Of a DNA stretch of 64,000 bases, positions 1-19,089 are shown in pieces. The DNA lies in NCBI RefSeq assembly GCF_016432865.1, contig NC_067403.1:256742001-256806000 (forward strand), read 5' to 3'. The notes under the pieces are model-generated. The model saw only the letters and a program-made list of their open reading frames with translations, did no database searches and was not told where the DNA came from. Each line of letters opens with the position of its first letter. Position 1 is the first letter of the stretch. Source of the DNA: Antechinus flavipes. Lineage: Eukaryota. The position numbers were made by a program, and so were the translations under genes.

Positions 1-637
1 TTTGGTTCTGCCTTGTTAGGTCCTGACTGGAAGGTGAGAAAGGGAGTCCAGCCAGAGCACGCTCCACTTAGCAGGCTGGCTCAATCTGCCTGCTGCCCCC
101 TGGTGGTCATGGGATCAGAGTGCAGGCTGAGGGGCCGGATCCCCCAACTCTCCCTCACCATGGCTGCCTGTTTACAGAGGAGGACCCTGAGCTCCGGGGA
201 GATCACGCTAATTAGCTCGAGATGCACGTTTGCATCTCCCTGTATTTTACAGATGGGGACACTGAGGTCCGGGGGTCTAATCGATTAGCTGAAGACCCTG
301 GGCTAAAAAGAAGGAAGCACATTTGCTTGGCAGCTTTGCGTCCCAGGAGATCCCATCCGGTTTAGGGCTGGAAGAAGGCTTCAGAGCTGGGGATCCAGTC
401 CTTGGCTGGCCCCCTGCTCTCTGCCCGTTCCTAGCCTCAGTTTCTTCATCTGTAAAGTGGGGCTGGACCATCTCTAAGGGTGCTTCTGGTCATTAAGGGT
501 GCCCACCTCGGGCGAGGGCGGGGGATAAGTCTGCAGGGTCACCTCCCGCCTCTTTGCCTCGACCCCCTGCCCAGGATACCCTCCTAGCTCCTTCCACGGC
601 TCAGCTCCGGGCCCACCTCCTACAAGAAGCCTTTCCC

Positions 638-1087
638 GAAGATCATCATGTACTTCAACAACAATACCATATGATGACCAATTCTGATGGGCGTGGCCTC
701 CTCAGCACCGGGATGAACCAAATCAGTTCCAAAGGAGCAGGAATGAACTGAACCAGCCACGCCCAGCGAAGGAACTTTGGGAGAGGACTAAGAACCACTA
801 CATTGACTTCCCAATCCCTCTGTTTTGCCCGCCTGCATTTTGATTTCCTTCACAGGCTAATGGTACAATATTTCAGAGTCCGATTCTTTTTGTGCAGCAA
901 CAACGGTTTGGACGTGTGTGCTTATTGTGTATCTAATTAATATTTTAATATATTTAACATCTACTGGTCATCCTGCCCTCTGGGGGAGGGGTGGGGGAAA
1001 GGAGGGGGAAAGTGGAAAGAGAGGTCTGGCCATTGTCAATGCTGTCAAGTTACCCATGCATAGAACCTGAAAATAAAAGGCTATTAG
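638..1087 (+). mobile_element. LINE-1 3' UTR fragment (marsupial type)
   Basis: Ends in a G-rich tract followed by ...TTACCCATGCATAGAACCTGAAAATAAAAGGCTATT. Its reverse complement closely matches 55026-55381 in this window. Family assigned by recognition, not by a database search. Confidence 0.7.
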
Positions 1088-1221
1088 ATTTTTTAAAAGC
1101 CTTTCCTGATTGCCTCGGCTCCCCATTTAAGGCCCCCCCTTTAAGGGTGAAATTTGACTTGTCTCATGCGGTACAACCCAGCCGAAGGGATGCCGCTCCC
1201 TTTGGGGCCCATGATAGGCGT

Positions 1222-1330
1222 TGAGCAGAGCAGTCGGACGGTGCGTGCGCAGAGCGCCGGGCCTGGAGTCAGGAAGCCCTGAGTTCAAATCCAACGTGAG
1301 ACACTTACGAGGTGCGCGCCGAGAAAACCC
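1222..1330 (+). mobile_element. CORE-SINE (tRNA-derived head), CpG-rich copy at the DPP3 CpG-island edge
   Basis: GGCCTGGAGTCAGGAAGCCCTGAGTTCAAATCC...GAGACACTTA matches the B-box/CORE head seen in the other SINE copies (51714, 57146, 58082). Confidence 0.6.
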
Positions 1331-1649
1331 GAAGTCGCGCCGGACTGAAAAACCCCGCTCTTATCTCGACGCCATTAGGTTCCTCTCTGGCCGCAAGTAT
1401 TAATTATGGCTTCTGGGGGTCCGTGACCCCAGAAAAGGTTAAGGGCCAACGGCTCGTTTTACGGACGAGTCAACTGAGGCGCAGAAAAGCTTGGTCAATA
1501 AAGGTCGGAGCTCGGGCCCCCAAGAGAACAGGCTGGGACCTCCCAGCGGGGCGCCGGCCTCGCGGGCCAATCCCCAGCAGCCCTGGCAGCACGTGCGGGA
1601 GGAGGCGGAGGGAGGAAAGAGGAGGGTGGGGCCTGGGGGAGGATCCGCG

Positions 1650-1793
1650 CGCTCATTGGTCTCTGGCCAAGCCGGTCATGACGAAGGCGGACGATGATTG
1701 GGGGGGAGGGGCGGGCGTCGCGCGGCCCCAATGAATGGGTAGCCGGAAGCAGGAAGTGAGTGAGGGAGTGAGGGAGAGAAGCAGCTGGTGCAG
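1650..1793 (+). promoter_or_regulatory. DPP3: DPP3 CpG-island promoter and non-coding exon 1, copy A
   Basis: GC box GGGGCGGG, CCAAT boxes, tandem ETS cores CCGGAAGC/AGGAAGT, then ...GCAGCTGGTGCAG|GTGAGG donor (exon end 1793). The matching acceptor is at 3609-3610, 9 nt upstream of the ATG. Confidence 0.7.
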
Positions 1794-3071
1794 GTGAGGG
1801 CACCCTGGCTGGGCGCTGCGGGTGGGGTGGGAGGGACGGCGCGGAGCGGGGAGCGGGCGGGTGCCGGGGACCCCCGTCGCTCCCCGGCCAGGATCTCCTG
1901 GCGCCAGAAGGGCTCCGATCGGAACCGAGCCAGGGACTGCCTCCTGTGCCGGCAGGTGCCAAAACGCAACCGCCCCAGGCCCCAGGAACCCCCGCCTCCC
2001 TCCGTACCCGGGGAAACTGAGGCCCGGAGGCGGCGCCGGGCGGGAGCCTGGGTCCTTCCGCGTCTCTGTGCGTGCTGGGGCATCCGGGGAAGAAGGAACC
2101 TTGGGGACTTTGAAGGAGATGGCAGGGATTCAGTCGGGGAGCATTTATTAAGCGCCAGCTGTGTGCCCGGCCTGCCCTCTGTACAATGAATGGAACAGCC
2201 CAGTCTGCCCCGTTCGGAGGGGCCGGGAGTGTGGAGGAGGAGGAGCTTTGAGGCGCGTCCCTTCCTCGGCCGCCAGCCCAGCATGGGGCCCTTTGGCGCT
2301 GCCGGCGTGTTGTCCCCTTGGCCAGGCTCGGGGTGGCGCCCCCATCAGACAGGGATGGAAGGGGACCCCAGAGAATTGGGGGGGAGGGGCGGGCGTCGCG
2401 CGGCCCCAATGAATGGGTAGCCGGAAGCAGGAAGTGAGTGAGGGAGTGAGGGAGAGAAGCAGCTGGTGCAGGTGAGGGCACCCTGGCTGGGCGCTGCGGG
2501 TGGGGTGGGAGGGACGGCGCGGAGCGGGGAGCGGGCGGGTGCCGGGGACCCCCGTCGCTCCCCGGCCAGGATCTCCTGGCGCCAGAAGGGCTCCGATCGG
2601 AACCGAGCCAGGGACTGCCTCCTGTGCCGGCAGGTGCCAAAACGCAACCGCCCCAGGCCCCAGGAACCCCCGCCTCCCTCCGTACCCGGGGAAACTGAGG
2701 CCCGGAGGCGGCGCCGGGCGGGAGCCTGGAGGGTCCTTCCGCGTCTCTGTGCGTGCTGGGGCATCCGGGGAAGAAGGAACCTTGGGGACTTTGAAGGAGA
2801 TGGCAGGGATTCAGTCGGGGAGCATTTATTAAGCGCCAGCTGTGTGCCCGGCCTGCCCTCTGTACAATGAATGGAACAGCCCAGTCTGCCCCGTTCCGAG
2901 GGGCCGCGAGTGTGGAGGAGGAGGAGCTTTGAGGCGCGTCCCTTCCTCGGCCGCCAGCCCAGCATGGGGCCCTTTGGCGCTGCCGGCGTGTTGTCCCCTT
3001 GGCCAGGCTCGGGGTGGCGCCCCCATCAGACAGGGATGGAAGGGGACCCCAGAGAATTGGGGGGGAGGGGC
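1697..3071 (+). repeat. Tandem duplication, 2 x ~680 bp (1697-2374 and 2375-3055)
   Basis: The copies align end to end with two substitutions and one 3-bp indel. The 16-mer ATTGGGGGGGAGGGGC occurs at 1697, 2375 and 3056 (both ends and the junction). Confidence 0.97.
2375..2471 (+). promoter_or_regulatory. DPP3: DPP3 promoter and non-coding exon 1, copy B
   Basis: Identical GC box/CCAAT/ETS/exon-1 block with an intact CAG|GTGAGG donor at 2471/2472. Confidence 0.7.
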
Positions 3072-3619
3072 CGGTGTGCTCTCGCATGGGAGGCCAGGGC
3101 GGGGTCTGCTGGTGCAGCCCTATCCCCAAAGACCCACAGCTACACTCACATAGTAACGGCCCCACTTAAGGTTTGCAAAGCGCTTTCTAGCCCCCTCAGG
3201 CATGATGAGCCCCTTTTACAGATGAGGAAACTGAGGCAGGCGGAGCTACAGTGACTTGCGAAGAGTCACACTGCATTTCTGACAAGGGGGCCCCAGCCTC
3301 TGCCTTCAGGGCCCCTGGCCGGCCCTTCCACTCCTTCTTAGGCAGTTTTTCCTTGTGTCCAACCAAAATTCCCGTCCTTTCAGCTGTTCCCGTGTGTAAC
3401 GACCCCCCCACGTGGGCCATGCTCGCCCCTCCTCTGGTTCCCTTCAGGGCTCGGCTCCAGGGTCACCTCCCACGGGAGGCCTTCCTGAAGCCCCCCCTCC
3501 TTCTTCCCCTTCACGTCAGGCCGTGTGTGCTCTCTGGCTACCTGCGGGCGGGCTCCCAGGGTCCCACACTCGGCGCGCTTCCCTGACTGACTGCTGCCCC
3601 CCTCCCTCAGGCAGACACG

Positions 3620-6600
3620 ATGGCGGACCCCCAGTACATCCTCCCCAATGACATTGGCGTGGCCAGCCTCGACTGCCGGGAGGCCTTTGGCCTGCTGTCC
3701 CCCACGGAGCGGCTCTACGCGCACCATCTGTCCCGGGCCGCCTGGTACGGGGGCCTGGTCGTCTTACTGCAGACGTCCCCCGAGGCCCCCCACATCTACG
3801 CTCTCCTAAGCCGCCTCTTCCGGGCTCAGGACCCCGAGCAGCTCAAAGAGTGCGCCCTGAAGGAGGGGCTCACGGAGGACGAATACCAGGTCTGCCCCTC
3901 CCCCCCCGGCGGGAACAGGGCTGCGCCCCCCGGCCTCTCCCCCCCCCCGAACCCCGGGGCCTTGTCAGCGGCGTGTCTCCCCCGGCGGGCGCGTGTGCAC
4001 AGAGACACGGTCACTCACACACCCAAGGGCACACCCGTGCACGCACTGCAGAGCCACGTACGCTTGCACACACATGGTCTGAGAACGTGCACATTCGCAC
4101 GTGTGCACACACTGACATACATTCACTCGTACACACATAGGCACACAGCCTCCCCCTCCCCCACAGCCTGGGGCGGCCCTGGGCAGACCACCGAGGGCTG
4201 GGGGCCCCGCCCTCCCGGCCCTCCCTGACCTCCTTCCCTGCTCCCAGGCTTTCCTGGTTTATGCCGCGGGGATCTACGCCAACATGGGGAACTACAAGTC
4301 TTTTGGAGACACCAAGTTTGTTCCCAACTTGCCCAAGGTGAGCCGGGCAGGGCGAGGGCCCGCGGGGCTGATGCGAGCGGGTGGGGGCGCACGGGGTCCC
4401 GGGGATGCACTGGGGGAGTCCCGGGGACGCACTGGGGGAGTCCCGCCTGGGCTTCCGGAGAGCGAGCCCTCTTTAGTTGGGGGGGAGGAGTCTGGGAAAC
4501 GACGGGGCCGTGTGGCCGGCCCGATCCCCTTGGTTCCTCCCTGTCTCCCTCCCCGTGCAGGAGAAGCTGGAACGGTTAGTGCTGGGGAGCCGGGCTGCGC
4601 AGGAGCACCCAGAAGAAATGGGGGGGCTCTGGCAGGTCTGTGGGGATCTCATGTTCTCCCTGGAGCCCCAGCAGCGCCACCTTGGCCTGGGAAATGAGGT
4701 GAGAGCCGGAAGTGGGGAGATGCCCTTGGGGGGTACGTGGTGCCAGGGGGCAGCCCTAGCCTCCTTGATGTCACAAGGGGGTGACGAACACAAGGTGTCG
4801 GGTGAGGGTCCGGAGCTCCAGAAGGCCGAGCTCCCGTGGGACGGTGGGGCTGGGGGACGCCCAGCTGGGGGTGCCCTCCGAGCTCTGAAGGTGAGCAGGA
4901 GCCCGCAGGCCCAGCGGACAAAGGCACAGAGGTGGGAGACGAGGGCACCGAGTGAGGAGCTGAGGGCAGGAAGGGCAGGGCTGGGAGGGGTTGGTATTTG
5001 CCCTCCACACCCGCTTCCCGTAATCCTGCCAGCCTGGACTCCGGCCCCATCCTCAGGCCCGGCCCACCCTTCCGCCCCCGCTCCCATGGGGCCGCCCCTC
5101 CCCCTCCCCGAGCTCATCCGATTTGGGACTGGGGCCTTGCCCATGTGAGGAGCACCTGAGGGGCTTGTCTGGGGGTCCCCGGTGATCACAACACTCGCAA
5201 CACAAAACTCCCTTTGGGGGGGTTTAAAGCAAGGCCTTTGCCTGCATTTTCTGCTCTGGGCCGGTCCCACTCTTCAAGGTTTGGCCTTGACCCAAGAGCA
5301 ACAGGGAGCCACTGCGGCTTTTTGAATGGAGGGAGGAACGTGGTCACACTTGTACTCCAAGAAGTTGGGGATCCCGGGGTCTCTGAGGGGGGCCATCGCG
5401 TGTCTGGGCCGTTCCCCTTCCTCAGTGTGTTCCTTCGGTGCTCGGCCGACGGCCCCCCCCCCCCCCAGGATGTCCTTTCTGCTCCCCATGGTCTTGGCCC
5501 TCACGCTCACCTGTGCCCGTCGTGCCCCCTGCAGCGCACTAGGCCCTTTGGGGCAGGGACATTTTCTCATCCCTTCGCCTCCCACGGCGTCACAGGCCCC
5601 TCGTGGGTGTCGGTGCTGACAGTGGGGGGGGCTCTCCCCCAACAGGGCACCACCACGTATTTCTCGGAGAACTGTACCTTGGAAGACGCCAAGCTGGCGC
5701 AGAGCTTCTTGGATTCGCAGGTAGGAGGCCGGGAGGCCGGGTGCCAGGCTGTGGGGTGGGCGGCCTCTTCCCTGCAGGCGCCCACCTCCTGCTCTCTTCC
5801 AGAACCTCAGTGCCTACAACACCAGGCTGTTCAAGGGGGCGGACGCAGACGGGAAGCCGTTCTTTGAGGTGCGCCTGGCCTCTATCCTCCGAGAAGGTGA
5901 ATCCTGAGCCTGGAGTGGGCTAGCCTCCAGCCCAGGGTGGGCTAGCCCCAAACCTAGGGTGGGCTATCCCGTAAGGAAGGGGCTGCTTGGGCGTGCTTCC
6001 CCCCCTCCCCGCCACCGGCTCTTTTGGTGTGACTCCAAGCCCGGGCCTGCCCCCAAGATTATATGCCCCGGCTCATCCCCGTGAATGTGCATGTGCTCCC
6101 CCCCATCCCCCAGAAGGGGCCTGTTTCACTTTGGCCTTTGTGTGCTGAACATGAAAGAGTGGAAAAGCACTTAGAAGGTCCTAAGCACGACACACAGTAG
6201 GTGCTTGCTGATGACTGACTCACCATACAGCTTCCTGCACTTAGTATGTTCCAAATGTGGCATACAGTAGGTGCTTACTGATGATTGCCCCTCCATACAG
6301 CTTCCTGCACTTAAATAGCAGATCCCAAGCATGGCACCCAGTAGGTGCTTGCTGAAGATTGGTCCTCTATCCAGCTTCATGTACTTACTATGTTCCAAGT
6401 GTGGCACACAGTAGGTGCTTGCTGATGACTGACCCTCCATCCAGCTTCTTGCCTCTGGGTTCTTGTTTCTCACCTCTCCCTGAGTCTCTCCAGTTGTCCT
6501 TCTAGGAAGCGGGGTGTCCCTGGGTTCCGTCTCCTGAGCTACAAGAAGGCAAGGTCCGGGTGCTGACTCTTTACTCTTTTCTCCTGTGTTCCTGGCCCTG

Positions 6601-9600
6601 TAGAGACCACCCCGGACTCCGACATGACGCCGAAGCTGAAGAGCTACGAGTTTGAGGGCTGCCAGTTCCAGGTGACCCGGGGAGACTACTCCCCCCTCCT
6701 GCAGAAAGTGGTGCAGCACCTGGAGAAAGCCAAGGTAGCGTCCCTCAGGGATGGGAGGGGGCGGGCCCGGGGGGAGCTAAGACAGCTTCCAGGAGACCGG
6801 CAGCGCTCCCTGGTCTCCCTCCCCCACAGGCCTACGCAGCCAACGGCCTCCAGGAGCACATGCTGAGCCAGTACATCGAGAGCTTCACGCAGGGCTCCAT
6901 CGACGCCCACAAGAAGGGCTCCAGATACTGGATTCAGGACAAGGGCCCCATCGTGGAGAGGTGAGAGGGCTGCGGTCTCTGGGGGTCCCCGCCCCCCCCC
7001 ACCCGCTCCACGGGCTCCAGCATCGCCTTCTCTCCCCAGCTACATCGGCTTCATCGAGAGTTACCGAGACCCCTTCGGCTCCCGCGGAGAGTTTGAAGGT
7101 ATCCTCTCGGGGACCGGGGCCTCTGGGTACAGGGACTGGTGTCCTAGGGGGGCGGGGGATCTTTGGGCCACAGGGGGCAGAGGGGACCCCAGCACCTGCC
7201 CACTCCCCAGCTTGGGGCCCATCGGGCCCTAAGCGCCGGGGGTCCACGGGATGGCCAAGATCGACTCCTGCCCTCGGCGAGCCCCTAGTCTAGGGGGAGA
7301 GCCCACCTGTGGCTCACTCTGCACATCTGCCTGGCGGGGGCGCCCTTCCCAGCCTCCCACCCCCATTACTATGCCCCGGGTCCCCTGAGACCCCCACCAG
7401 CCCTGCCCTTCCTGGGCCCTCAGGGTTCGTAGCCGTGGTGAACAAGTCCATGAGCGCCAAGTTTGAGCGGCTGGTGGAGAGCGCGGAGCAGCTGCTGAAG
7501 GAGCTGCCCTGGCCCCCGGCCTTCGAGAAGGACAAGTTCCTGACCCCGGACTTCACCTCGCTGGACGTGCTCACTTTCGCGGGCTCCGGGATCCCAGCTG
7601 GCATCAACATCCCCAACTGTGAGCGACATTGCCAGCCTCGGGGGAGGGGACACGGGGGCACCGGGGGAGGGGGCACAGACGCTCCCGTGCTCCCATCCCC
7701 CTTCACATCCCTTCCCCCGCCCCTCCAGATGACGACCTTCGCCAGAAGGACGGCTTCAAGAACGTGTCTCTGGGCAACGTGCTCGCCGTGGCCTACGCCA
7801 CCCAGCGCGAGAAGCTCACCTTCCTGGAAGAAGAGGACAAGGTGAGGGAGGGGGGCCGCGGGGGCCAGGCAGGAAGGAGGGCGGGGGCGGCCGGGCGGCC
7901 CTGACCCTTCCCCTCTGCAGGACCTCTACATCCGATGGAAGGGGCCGTCCTTCGAAGTCCAGGTGGGGCTGCACGAGCTGCTGGGCCACGGCAGCGGGAA
8001 GCTCTTTGTGCAGGTGAGGTCCCGGGTGCCCCTCCCTGTGGCCCCTCCCTGTCCGGTGCGGGCCCCCGTCCTGTAAACCCCGCCCAAGGTGCAGCCCCCT
8101 CACCGCCAGGGCCGGCGTCCGGGGTTCGGCCCCAGTGACCCGCCTCGGGCCTTGGGGGCACAGCAGGAGCAGGGGCCACATGGGATTAGGAAAAGGGCGA
8201 GCAGAGGTTGCAGTGGAGACACAGAGGCGGGGGCTGCAGGTTAGGAGTGTCACGTACTGACTGGATCTGCTGGTGCTACTGACCCGGTTCTGTTAGTTCA
8301 AGGGAGGGCTACGTGGAGCAAGGGAACAAAGGGCTAAGAAGAGGGAAGGGAATAGAGGACCCCCTCCTCTGGGCTTCTTGAGCCAGGGCCTGGCCCGCAG
8401 GCCCTGGGACACTGGGCATCCCACCCTTCCGTTCTGGTTCCTCCTGCAGGATGACAAGGGAGCGTTCAACTTTGACCAGAACACTGTGATCAACCCAGAA
8501 ACGGGGGAGCAGGTGAGGAGCGGGCGGGGGGAGCATAGAGGGATTACCCTGAGACCCAAGGGAAGAGCACATAGGGCAGTCCTGGGGAGCAGGCGAGGGG
8601 GGAACGGCTGGGCAAGGCCCAGGGCAAGGAGGCCGGGGAGCCAGCAGCCCTTCTCCCCCCCTGCCCATCTCACCTCGCCCCCAGATCAGGAGCTGGTACC
8701 GGAGCGGTGAGACCTGGGACAGCAAATTCAGCACCATCGCCTCCAGTTACGAGGAGTGCCGGGCTGAGAGCGTGGGGCTCTACCTCTGCCTTCACCCCCG
8801 AGTCCTGGAGTAAGGATGGGCTGGGCCGGGGCAGGGCTGGGGGGCTCTGGGACCTGGGGGCCCCTGGGAGCCCCTGATCCCCGGCCTGGCTTCCTCCAGG
8901 ATCTTTGGGCTGGACGGCCCCGAGGCGGAGGACGTGGTCTACGTGAACTGGCTGAACATGGTGCGGGCCGGGCTGCTGGGCCTGGAATTCTACACCCCAG
9001 AGACGTCCAGCTGGAGACAGGTAGGGGGTTCACGGGGTGGTGGGGGTGGGGATGGGGGTGGGGGTGGAAGGGGAAGTGAGAGGGGGGAGGGGGCTGGGCA
9101 CGAGCGGCCTGGGCTCCTCAGGGGTCTCTTGGTCTCTCCCCGCTTGGGGAGGGGTCAGAAGACGCAGGGTCCCCTGGGCTGAGAAGACCTGGTCGCCGCA
9201 GGCACACATGCAGGCCCGCTTCGTGATCCTGAGGGTCCTGTTGGAGGCCGGAGAGGGCCTGGTCACGGTGGTGCCCACCACCGGCTCCGACGGGCGGCCG
9301 GATGCCCGGGTCCGCTTGGATCGGCACAAGATCCGCTCGGTTGGCAAGCCTGCCCTGGAACGGTTCCTGCGGCGACTCCAGGTGAGCAGAGGCTCCTCGG
9401 CCCTTAAGCCAGAGGCTGCCCGGGAGGGAGGGGCCGGGGCTGCCCCACGGCTAGAGAAGCCCCCTCCTTGCCGACCACCCAGCAGGGCCTTTCCAGCCTG
9501 TTGTGTCTCCCCCTCCATGTCTGCCCAGGCTGTGCCCCTGGCCTGGGATGTCTTCCCTCGACCCCTAGGCCCTCCCCCCATTCACCTCGCATTAGCTGGT

Positions 9601-10516
9601 GCTTACTCAACGCTCGTTGCTTGATTGACGGGAGAACTGAAAGGCCTCATTGGAAGCTCGCTCCCTAATCCGGACCTTGGTTTCCCCATTTGTAAGGGGC
9701 CAGGTGACGCTTGATACCTCCCCCCCTTCCCCCCAGGTGCTGAAATCGACAGGCGACGTGGCCGCCGGGCGGGCGCTCTACCAGGGCTACTCCGCGGTCA
9801 CTGACGCTGCCCCTGAAAACTTCCTTGCCCTGCGTGAGACGGTGCTGCTGCGCAAGGAGGCCCGCAAGCTCATCGTGCAGCCCAACACCTGCCTGGAAGG
9901 TAGCAGCTCATGCCCCCCAGACTCAGGCTCTATTTGGAGCAGGAGCAGGCGGGAAATGGGCTGGGGAATACCTGGGCTCATTGGGGGCTGGGTAAGGGGC
10001 CTTGGCACTGCCCGTGCCGGGGGTGGGCCCAGGGAGCCCCCGATGGAGAAGGTGGCCCAGCCCGGCTTTCTCAGCTCCAGTGGGGGCAGCTTTTTCCTTC
10101 CCTCAGACCTTGGTCCTGCCCTCCAGGGGCTAAGCAGGCCCAGGCGCCCATCCCCCAGGTGATGGCCCCCAGGCACCCCCTCATTCTGCTACTGCCACCC
10201 TCCTTCCTTAAGCCATTGCTGAGGGATGCACTGGGGGTTTGGGGCCAGGAAGCATTGCCCCTCCCCCCCGGGTGATCATGGGCTCAGGGGCCTGGTGGGC
10301 CCTGGGTGGGGCCCCGCTGAGGGCCTTCTGTTCCCCTCCCCAGGCTCCCAGGTGCAGCTCCTGGAGTACGACGCCTCGGCCGCCGGCCTCATCCGCTCCT
10401 TCTCCGAGCGCTTCCCCGAGGACGGGCCCTTGCTGGAGGATGTGCTCACGGGGCTGGCCAAGGCTGACGCCCACTTCTGGAGGGGCCCCACCGTGGTCGC
10501 GGCCCCTCGGGCCTGA
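3620..10516 (+). CDS. DPP3: Dipeptidyl peptidase 3 (M49 zinc peptidase), 737 aa, 17 coding exons
   Basis: join(3620-3889,4248-4337,4561-4698,5646-5720,5803-5896,6604-6734,6830-6960,7040-7098,7424-7618,7729-7841,7921-8013,8450-8512,8685-8809,8900-9020,9202-9381,9737-9899,10344-10516) = 2214 nt, all GT-AG, frame open. Starts [13 protein letters not shown]. Contains HELLGH (7972-7989), the KEAP1-binding ETGE (8498-8509) and EECRAE. Confidence 0.98.
6185..6445 (-). repeat. Tandem array of ~70-74 bp units derived from a LINE-2 tail (DPP3 intron 6), ~4 copies
   Basis: CAGTAGGTGCTT recurs at 6195, 6265, 6339 and 6409. Its reverse complement AAGCACCTACTG is the typical L2 3' end. Confidence 0.75.
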
Positions 10517-11932
10517 GGAAGCTCGGTTCCACCCACCCTGTGCCCTCCTCCCTCGGGGCCATCCGTCGCCCTGCCGGAGGGATGGGGCCTTTGTGCCCGG
10601 TGGGCCGGGCCTTCGCCTCCTTCCGCCTCCCGAGGTCAGCTGGAAGGGCCCGTGGGAGCCTGTCTCGGACGTGCCACCTGTCCAGGACCCGGGCCCAGCC
10701 CCCCCTCTCAGAGCCAGCTTCCTCTTCTGTCTGGGATGCTTCCATCCTGCCTGCCTACCTCTCACAGGGTTGTTGTGAGGAAAGTGGTTTCTAACCTTTA
10801 AAGAGCTAGCCAAACGGGAGTGCTGACCACTGAGCTTCCTTTCCCCAACACGTTCCCTGGGCCCTGGGGGGGCCTGCGGGTTGGGCCTCTGTCTCCAACT
10901 GGAACCAGGGAGCCTTGGGGGAGTTGGGCGGGGGTGGGGGGAAGACAGGCCTTAGAGATGGGACTGGGATGTAGCATATGGAATGTCAGAACTGGAAGGC
11001 TAAGTCATTGAATTTGTTAAGCAGCTACTGCATGCCAGGCTACAAGGAAAGGCAAAGGGCAGCGCACCTGCCCTCCAAGCTCCCTGTCTAGTGGGGGGGC
11101 ACAGCGGGCAGACGGTCACAGGCAGAACCAGGTCAAATGGCTGAGACTTGGAGGCCGCGAGGCAGATACCTCCTTAGAGGCCCACAATTCCAGGCTTTGG
11201 GAAGTACTGCTCATAAAAGTGCACGGAGCCTCTGAGGGACAGCAAGGTGGCCACTGTGCCTGGACAGGAAGAGGCCGGCCCACCAAAGGGTTACCTGGGT
11301 CCCGGAGGGGTGGGGAGCCGGGGAGAGGAGTGATTGGGGGGGAGCATGGTCAGCTGACAGCTCAGGGGAGGAAGGCTGGAGTGAGGGCACACTGGCGGCA
11401 GGAGGACCATCTGGGACTGGAGGCAACTTGAAACAGAAAATGGCAGCGGGGAGGGACCCAGAACACAGGGTGGGCGCTGAGGACTTTTGGAACTTGACAG
11501 GGAGGGGGAAGCATAGAACGTGCAATGCGGCAGCAGCTTGAGAACTCAGAACCGGGAATGTCAGAGCTGTGGAGAACCTTAAAACGGAGCCTAGAATGAA
11601 AGGGGGAGGGGCCTTAGAACGCACGGAGAAAGGGGCGCTACGTGCACGTCAGGGGTGGAAGGCCAGCACCGAGACCAGCTTTCCAACGGGAGAGCCGCGA
11701 CCGGGAGCTCGGGACGCCCAGCCACTGCTACAGAGGCGCAGCCGGGCAGTGAGCCGCGGACGGCTAGCGCAGGCGCGTTCCCGTCGGGCTCTGCGGCTGC
11801 GCAGCACGCTCTCCAGAGTTCTGCCTGGAACCTTGGCGCGCTGCTCCCAGAGCCGACGGACTGCTGGGAGGAGGGCGCCGGGGCGGAGCCGCTGGGAGGA
11901 TGCGTCCGTTGTCCGGGGTGATGGAGAATAAG

Positions 11933-18512
<6,580 letters not shown>

Positions 18513-18686
18513 GCCCAGCGCTGGCCGGGAGCGAGCAGCAGCCAGGCAATGGCCTCCTTGTGGAGGCCCATGGAGGCCAGCCCCGGGAGGGGCTTTGGAG
18601 GAGCCGGCTGATGGCCCGAGGATCCCGCCTCTGAGCAGCTGGCACTTCTGCCTTCCCCTCCCCCCTCAGGCCTGCCATCCGCTGTC

Positions 18687-18692
18687 ATTAAA
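18687..18692 (+). terminator. BBS1: Candidate proximal BBS1 poly(A) signal (ATTAAA)
   Basis: ATTAAA 175 nt after the stop codon. Confidence 0.45.
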
Positions 18693-19083
18693 GGGGTGAG
18701 GAGCCTCCGACACTCTGGGCTCTTTCTTGCCAAGGACAAGGCCCTCAGTGGGACTTGGGGGCCCCCGGCCCTCTCTGCCCATCAGCTCCCCGGGCGCTGA
18801 CCCTGCACCCTCTTCTGCCGTGGCTCAGGACCTCTGGCATTTGGCCCCCGGGTTGTGCCAGCAAAGCCACGTTGGGGGGGAGAGCGCCACAGCATCACAC
18901 TGCAAGCATTTATTAATCCCTTTCTGTATGCCAGGCAAAGGGCTCTGGGATGGAGCCGCCAATCCTCAGGGACAGCCCAAGGCGGGGTCCGGGGGGGGGG
19001 GGAAGGGCCCAGCCACCAGGGGTCCCTTGGGCTGCCCTTTCCAGAAACAGAGAACCGCAGTCCGGGCAGCCGGGTCCCAACCC

Positions 19084-19089
19084 AATAAA
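19084..19089 (+). terminator. BBS1: Candidate distal BBS1 poly(A) signal (AATAAA)
   Basis: First canonical + strand AATAAA after the BBS1 stop. Confidence 0.55.

Noticed and set aside
1-640. Possible 3' end of the expected upstream neighbour PELI3
   Set aside because: No recognisable coding exon; only MIR-like and unique sequence, so it cannot be supported.
1222-1300. tRNA-like A/B-box sequences here and at 51714, 57146, 58082
   Set aside because: These are tRNA-derived SINE heads followed by CORE sequence, not complete cloverleaf tRNA genes.
1495-3165. 556-aa minus-strand ORF with an internal repeat
   Set aside because: It is the antisense read of the GC-rich duplicated DPP3 promoter. The composition is low-complexity P/G/R/A, no domain is recognisable, and the internal repeat is just the DNA duplication.
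3985-4148. CA-rich purine/pyrimidine-alternating tract in DPP3 intron 2 (Z-DNA candidate)
   Set aside because: It is heavily interrupted low-complexity sequence of a very common kind, with no specific signal.
9890-9892. DPP3 Cys at residue 678 where human has Arg
   Set aside because: I recall this position as a common human polymorphism (R678H), so it is probably tolerant; catalytic and substrate-binding residues are intact.
18909-18914. Minus-strand AATAAA suggesting ZDHHC24/BBS1 3' overlap
   Set aside because: It lies in the AAGCATTTATTAA LINE-2 tail motif that recurs many times in the window, and a closer canonical signal exists at 19947-19952.
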